Positions 31,905 to 36,929 of a DNA stretch of 36,929 nucleotides are shown in pieces. Numbering within the stretch: the stretch's first letter is position 1; every line of letters starts with the position of its first letter. A program made the position numbers and the translations under genes. A model generated the notes under the pieces. The model had not been told where the DNA came from. It made no database searches and was given only the letters and a program-made list of their open reading frames with translations. Source of the DNA: Armatimonadota bacterium (GTDB taxonomy: Bacteria > Sysuimicrobiota > Sysuimicrobiia > Sysuimicrobiales > Humicultoraceae). Location: the NCBI GenBank assembly GCA_052386995.1, contig JBQTJP010000028.1:1-36929 (forward strand). Direction: 5' to 3'.

Positions 31905-32032
31905 GGCAACTCCCTCCAAGGTGTGTGAAGAGTTGCGCTTCTATTGGCCGGGAGTGCGGCCAACCCCTGAACGTCGCTGCCGTGCACGGGTGCTGCAGGC
32001 TGGGCGAATGCACATCCAGAACTAGAGCGGAC

Positions 32033-33580
32033 ATGAGCCGTAAGCGATGGACCTTGATCGTGGCGATCCTCGGCTCGGGGATCGTCTTTCTCGACTCGAC
32101 GATCGTGAACGTCGCGCTCCCGAAGATCGGCGAGCAGCTCCCCACGACACTCTTTGGTGTCCTGGAAGGGCAGTCGTACGTGTACAATGGCTATCTGCTG
32201 AGCCTCAGCGCCCTGCTCATCCTGGCTGGGGCGCTCAACGACTTCTACGGCCGCCGGCGCATGTTCGCCCTGGGGCTGGCCGGTTTCGGCGTCACCTCAC
32301 TGCTTTGTGGGATCGCGCCCACGATAGAGTGGCTCGTTGTCTTTCGCGTCCTGCAGGGTGCCGCGGGTGCGCTGCTGGTGCCGGGGTCGCTCGCGCTCAT
32401 CACGGCCACGTTCCAGGGGGAAGAGCAGGGACGGGCATTTGGCCTGTGGGCCGGGGCGTCCGGCGCCACGACCATCCTGGGTCCGTTCATCGGCGGCGTG
32501 CTGGTGGACACGATTTCCTGGCGCGCGGCGTTCTTGATGAACATCCCACTGATCGTGCCCGCGCTATGGGCCACGCTGAGGCACGTCGAGGAAAGCCGGG
32601 ACGAGCAGGCCACGGGGCATTTCGACTGGCTTGGCGCCTTCGTGGTCGCGCTGGCGGTCGGCGGTCTGAGTTTCGGCGCGATCTATGGTCAGCAGCGCGA
32701 GTGGCGCGATCCACTGGCGTTCATCGCGCTGGCCGCGGGCGGTGCGGCGGCGCTCGTGTGCCCGTTCCTGATGGCCCGGTCACCGCATCCGTTGGTGCCG
32801 CTCCATCTGTTCCGGTCTCGCAACTTTACGGTGACGAACCTGTCCACCCTGGTCATCTACGGCGCACTCTACGTCGCGTTCTATTACGCGCCGCTCTTCA
32901 TGCAGGGCACGCTGGGTTACACCGCCGCCGCGGTAGGGCTGGCCACGATCCCCGGCACGCTGCTACTGACGTTTCTGTCATCGCGCTTCGGTGCGCTGTC
33001 CGGGCGGTATGGGCCGAGATGGTTCATGGCCGGGGGACCGGCAATCATGGCGCTGGGGATTCTGTGGCTGGCCCGCGTGCCCGCCGACAGCCAGGCCTGG
33101 ACTTTTCGCGCCGACGTCCCCGCAGGTTTCATGCCGCCCGCCGGCTATCTGATCGACTTCCTGCCCGGGTTCGTGGTCTTCGGCTTTGGGCTGGCGGTGA
33201 TGGTCGCGCCATTGACGACCTGCCTGATGACCGCGGTGGCGGTGCGTTACTCGGGGCTCGGGTCCGCCATCAACAACGCGATCTCGCGCGTTGGGCCGCA
33301 GCTGGCGGGGGCGGCCATTTTCGTGGCGATTACGGTCAGCTTTTACCACGGCATGGCCCGGCGGGTTCCCGGCATGGATGTCGACTCGTCGGAGGTCCGT
33401 GCGCACATCTCGCCGCTGAACCGCCCGGGCGCGAGCGTCTCCGCCGGTCTAGCGGCTGCCGCGCGTGACGCGTCGACCGATGCCTTTCGTCTGGCCATGG
33501 TGATCAGCGCGGCCCTCCTGGCGGCCGGCGCCGCGATCAACGCGATCGGCATCAAGAATCCAACTCAGTCCACTTCATAG
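32033..33580 (+). CDS. MFS transporter, DHA2 (EmrB/QacA) family
   Basis: FLDSTIVNVALP, GALNDFYGRRR, RVLQGAAGALLVP, GPFIGG, WRAAFLMNIP; about 14 TM segments. Confidence 0.92.
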   Translation: MSRKRWTLIVAILGSGIVFLDSTIVNVALPKIGEQLPTTLFGVLEGQSYVYNGYLLSLSALLILAGALNDFYGRRRMFALGLAGFGVTSLLCGIAPTIEWLVVFRVLQGAAGALLVPGSLALITATFQGEEQGRAFGLWAGASGATTILGPFIGGVLVDTISWRAAFLMNIPLIVPALWATLRHVEESRDEQATGHFDWLGAFVVALAVGGLSFGAIYGQQREWRDPLAFIALAAGGAAALVCPFLMARSPHPLVPLHLFRSRNFTVTNLSTLVIYGALYVAFYYAPLFMQGTLGYTAAAVGLATIPGTLLLTFLSSRFGALSGRYGPRWFMAGGPAIMALGILWLARVPADSQAWTFRADVPAGFMPPAGYLIDFLPGFVVFGFGLAVMVAPLTTCLMTAVAVRYSGLGSAINNAISRVGPQLAGAAIFVAITVSFYHGMARRVPGMDVDSSEVRAHISPLNRPGASVSAGLAAAARDASTDAFRLAMVISAALLAAGAAINAIGIKNPTQSTS

Positions 33581-33653
33581 CCCCGAAAGTTCCGTAAGCC
33601 GCGTCGGCCCCGCAGACTGTCGCGTTCGGCGCTTGGGCATAATTCGAACGTAG

Positions 33654-33741
33654 AGGCTTCCGAAACGGCAAACCCGTCGCGAGGCGGGGACGCAAAGCCT
33701 GGGGACTTCGCTCGAAGTCGGCCAGGCTGCCGAAGATGCCT
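33654..33741 (+). ncRNA. Cyclic di-GMP-I (GEMM) riboswitch
   Basis: GGCAAACCC-GTC-GCGA-GGC-GGGGACGCAAAGCC...GGCTGCCGAA; GNRA-capped P2; in the 5' leader of the CAP gene. Confidence 0.88.
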
Positions 33742-33772
33742 GTAAGTCTGCGGAAGCCGGCAGGAGGCACGC

Positions 33773-34432
33773 ATGTTCCGAGCCGTGGGGGTCCGCGCGT
33801 TGCTTTTTTGTTGTGCCCTGCTCGTCCCAATGCTCTCTCAGCCGTACAGTCCGCTCGTCGCCGGTGATCCTGCTTCCTCGGTCGCATATCCGCTGCCCTA
33901 CCGGGTCAACGGCGCCCAGGCGAGCTTCGATCTCGAGATCGTCGTGCTGAACCTGATCAACCAGGAGCGGCTATCGGCGGGCCTGGCGCCGCTGATGCCT
34001 CATGCCACCATGCGCACCATCGCGCGTGCCCACGGCACAGAGTTGTTTGGCGCGGGCGTGCTCTCACATCGCTCCCTCGATGGCCGCACCCCGCAGCAGC
34101 GGGTGCTCGACCAGCACGTTCGCGTGCGACTGGTAGGTGAGAACCTCGCCTACGCCCCCGACGTGCAGACCGCCCACGACGCGCTGATGGCGAGCAGCCC
34201 GCACCGCCAGAACATCCTCTCGTCCGATTACGCTCTTGTGGGAATCGCCGTCCTTCACGGGGGCGCGTACGGCGTGATCATCGTGCAGAACTTCTCCGAT
34301 GCGCCTTTCACCGCCTGGGCCAGACCTCTCAGCCGCCCGGGTCGACGCCCGACGGCCTTCGTGCCCAGAAACCGCGCAGCCAGCGACGCCGGCTGGCCGC
34401 CAGCTCACGAGGAACGAAGACCAGTCCACTGA
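33773..34432 (+). CDS. CAP (SCP/Tpx-1/Ag5/PR-1) domain secreted protein
   Basis: AGGAGG SD, signal peptide, LINQER..AGL.PL, ARAH, LSH, GENLA, LMASSPHRQNIL, VGI. Confidence 0.9.
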   Translation: MFRAVGVRALLFCCALLVPMLSQPYSPLVAGDPASSVAYPLPYRVNGAQASFDLEIVVLNLINQERLSAGLAPLMPHATMRTIARAHGTELFGAGVLSHRSLDGRTPQQRVLDQHVRVRLVGENLAYAPDVQTAHDALMASSPHRQNILSSDYALVGIAVLHGGAYGVIIVQNFSDAPFTAWARPLSRPGRRPTAFVPRNRAASDAGWPPAHEERRPVH

Positions 34433-35483
34433 GCCACCGCGCGTAGGCCACCATAGACGGCGCGTCGAGCCACTGCAGCAGCGCGATCTGCGCGAACGCG
34501 TCTACGGGACGATCCTGACGCATCACGTTACTGCGGATCCGCGCCGTCAGGCGGTCGGTTATCCATCCCCAATTGGGTCTCAACTGATGAAGCGCCTCCG
34601 TGGGGACCGGAGCGCCCAAAAGCTCCTTCGCCGCCGCCAGCGTGACGTAGAGAGAGGAGCGGGCGCGCGGTGTCTCGCGCGCAGTGTCTGTCAGACGTTC
34701 CCACGCGTCGGGATGCCCGCGCGCGACCTCGGCGGCGTCGCGCAGGTAACGCAGCCTGGGCTTGCCGTGCCAGAGATCGCGCGCGAAGTGGATGCCGAGT
34801 GCGAGCAGCATGTCGTCCGGCGCGGGGATCAGCGCCTGCTGGCCGTTCACCTCCACCGGCCGCGCGCGGGCGAACACGCCCGGCCCCGCCCTCTCGAAGA
34901 GGAGGGGATATCCTGCGTAGCGCCAGTGGAGGTCGACGGTCATCCGCCGGCGTCGAGGATCGAAGTAGCCGCGTGCATGGCGCCAGGCAAGGTCGACCGG
35001 CGTCGGCGCCCCCCCGGCGATCATATAGCCCGTTACCAGTAGAGCCTGATGTGCGGCTTCCACATCGTTCGGCCGGATAAGCAGATCCAGATCACTGAAC
35101 GGTCGAAGCGCCGCGTCCCGGTAGGCGAAGCGGGCCAGGGCTGTTCCCTTGAGCAGCACGGCAGCGACGCCGGCGGCGCGGAGCGCCTGGAGGACCTCGG
35201 ACAGGTGGACGTACGCTTCCTCGGCCGCGTTCCCGGCGTACCTGTACGACTGCTCCAACAACTCGCGCACGGAACGTGGAACATCCTCTCCGGACCCGCC
35301 GGGCATCCGCCTGCGGGTGGCCGCCCCGCCGATGGCCGCATGAACCAGAGGCGTGACTCCCTCTCGGTGCGCGAGGTGGAGGATCGCCGGCCAGGCATCT
35401 GAGGGAATGGAGGGGGTTTCCCGCTCGTCCACCACCAGCAGGTTGCAGAGCGCGGCCTCGAAGGGATAGAGGTCAGTACGCAC
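34329..35483 (-). CDS. Nucleotidyltransferase family protein (NTP_transf_5 type)
   Basis: LLKGTALA..Y....LRPFSDLDLLI, VDLHW, LRYLRD; probable GTG start at 35483, overlapping the permease stop. Confidence 0.85.
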   Translation of the reverse strand: MRTDLYPFEAALCNLLVVDERETPSIPSDAWPAILHLAHREGVTPLVHAAIGGAATRRRMPGGSGEDVPRSVRELLEQSYRYAGNAAEEAYVHLSEVLQALRAAGVAAVLLKGTALARFAYRDAALRPFSDLDLLIRPNDVEAAHQALLVTGYMIAGGAPTPVDLAWRHARGYFDPRRRRMTVDLHWRYAGYPLLFERAGPGVFARARPVEVNGQQALIPAPDDMLLALGIHFARDLWHGKPRLRYLRDAAEVARGHPDAWERLTDTARETPRARSSLYVTLAAAKELLGAPVPTEALHQLRPNWGWITDRLTARIRSNVMRQDRPVDAFAQIALLQWLDAPSMVAYARWLSGLVFVPRELAASRRRWLRGFWARRPSGVDPGG

Positions 35484-36285
35484 CGAGTGTCCCGGACGAC
35501 TTCGCCTGCCGGATCGCCCACCAGAGCGCAAGCATCGCCAGCGGTGCGAGAAGCGCCAGGAACAGCAGCAGGATCGCAATCTCCCGCTGCAGGGCCCCGA
35601 TGCCCTGCCCCTGGAGCAGAGCCAGCCGCAGTGCCCGCAGCGCGTGCGTGAGAGGGATGAACTCGGCCAGGCGCTGCAGCGCGGGCGGCAGGACGCTGGT
35701 TGGGTAGAAGACTCCAGCCAGGAGCGCGGAGCCAGCCGCGAACAGGTTCATCAATGGATCGGGTTGCCTGAAGGCAATGACGAAGGCTGCCGAGACGATC
35801 CCGAGCGCTGCAGACAGACCAAGCGTCAAGGCGACGGTCACGCCCGCCGCCACGACATTGGCCTGCCCGAGGTCGAGCCTGAAGACCAGAACTCCCAGAA
35901 TGAGATACAGCAGTCCCTGGCTCGCCGCGACCAGCACGTTCCAGAGCGATGCACCCGCAGCGAGGACGAGAGGAGAGGTGGGCGCTACGAGCAGGGCATC
36001 CAGCGTCCCAATCATCTGCTCGTAGCGGACGGCCTGCGCGGGCGCCGCCATACTGGTGGAAAGGAATCCAAAGAACGCCACGCCCACCACGACAAACGCG
36101 AAGTAGTCCCCGCCGAAGGGACTCAGGTACACCGATGCGGCCGGCTGAATCAGCCGCCCCAGATAGAACAGGATCGGCGTCACGAAGAAGATGCTGACCG
36201 CCTGCCAGAGAAAGGCGAGGCGGGAGGCGCCCGCGAGGAGATAGTCGCGCTTCAGAAACGCATACAGTCGGTGCGCGATGTCCAT
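35473..36285 (-). CDS. ABC-2 type exporter permease
   Basis: Six TM segments, EQMIGTLDALLVAP, GVFYP..VLP, PLTHALRALR. Confidence 0.9.
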   Translation of the reverse strand: MDIAHRLYAFLKRDYLLAGASRLAFLWQAVSIFFVTPILFYLGRLIQPAASVYLSPFGGDYFAFVVVGVAFFGFLSTSMAAPAQAVRYEQMIGTLDALLVAPTSPLVLAAGASLWNVLVAASQGLLYLILGVLVFRLDLGQANVVAAGVTVALTLGLSAALGIVSAAFVIAFRQPDPLMNLFAAGSALLAGVFYPTSVLPPALQRLAEFIPLTHALRALRLALLQGQGIGALQREIAILLLFLALLAPLAMLALWWAIRQAKSSGTLGAY

Positions 36286-36929
36286 CAGGAGACCCCGATG
36301 ATTGACCGGTACCGTGCGGCCACAACCCCTTCGTCGGCGGCGGAGAGGGCGACGGTGTCCACGACGGAACCCTCGACGAGGATGGCCGCGCGGCGGCAGA
36401 TGGCCGCGGCTTCGGCGGGTTGGTGCGTCGCGAGGAGCACCGTCAGCCCGGTCTCCTGCGCCAGGCGGCGGATCAGATCGTGCAGCCGCTGCGTCGCGTG
36501 TGGATCGAGGCTCCGCGTCGGTTCGTCAAGCAGAAGGACGCGAGGGTTACCGAGCAGCGCCCGGGCCAGACCGAGCCGCTGACGCATTCCGGTGGAATAG
36601 TACTCCACGACTTCTCGCGCGTAGGGCAGCAGGTCCACCATGTCGAGCGCTGTTTCTGCCCGACGCCGCGCCTCACGGGGAGGCAGCCCGAGGAGTCCCG
36701 CAAAGAACTCCATGTTCTCCACGCCACTCAATCGCCAGTAGAAGCCTCGCTGTTCACCCGCGGCCAGGCCAATGCACCGCCGGACAGCGCCGCTATCACG
36801 GACGACGTCGCTCCCCGACACGCGCGCCCATCCCTCAGAGGGAAGGATGAGCGTCGCGAGCACCCGCAGCAGCGTTGTTTTCCCCGCGCCATTCGGGCCC
36901 ATGAGACCAAAGATCTCTCCACGCTCGAC
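36285..36929 (-). CDS. ABC exporter ATP-binding protein (5' end outside the window)
   Basis: GEIFGLMGPNGAGKTT, signature YSTGMRQRL, LLLDEP, ATH; frame open to the window edge. Confidence 0.93.
   Translation of the reverse strand, partial: VERGEIFGLMGPNGAGKTTLLRVLATLILPSEGWARVSGSDVVRDSGAVRRCIGLAAGEQRGFYWRLSGVENMEFFAGLLGLPPREARRRAETALDMVDLLPYAREVVEYYSTGMRQRLGLARALLGNPRVLLLDEPTRSLDPHATQRLHDLIRRLAQETGLTVLLATHQPAEAAAICRRAAILVEGSVVDTVALSAADEGVVAARYRSIIGVS

Overview
GC-rich bacterial chromosomal segment made mostly of housekeeping genes in a Firmicute-like order: tRNA-Met, tilS, ftsH ... birA ... greA, clpC, radA, PIN/TRAM, cysS, rlmB, sigH. It begins inside an LptD-like outer-membrane barrel gene, which suggests a diderm Terrabacterium such as Armatimonadota or a diderm Firmicute (inference). 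A histidine-utilisation set (hutH, hutU, ftcd, hutI) is split by an ASCH gene, a GNAT remnant and kptA. The right end is accessory: moaA, a broken Tat cyclase gene, an MFS pump, a c-di-GMP-I riboswitch before a CAP protein, and a nucleotidyltransferase plus ABC exporter. Most notable observations: (1) a 492-aa LAGLIDADG intein with an embedded XRE-type HTH in the Walker A motif of bacterial RadA/Sms, with foreign codon usage extending into both exteins; (2) a CysRS in which KMSKS reads EMHRH and KIIK reads RIVE; (3) an unannotated 46-aa acidic zinc-ribbon ORF right after sigH; (4) several SigH-type promoters inside the window; (5) structured leaders at greA, clpC and sigH. All calls were made by eye from motifs, with no database searches.
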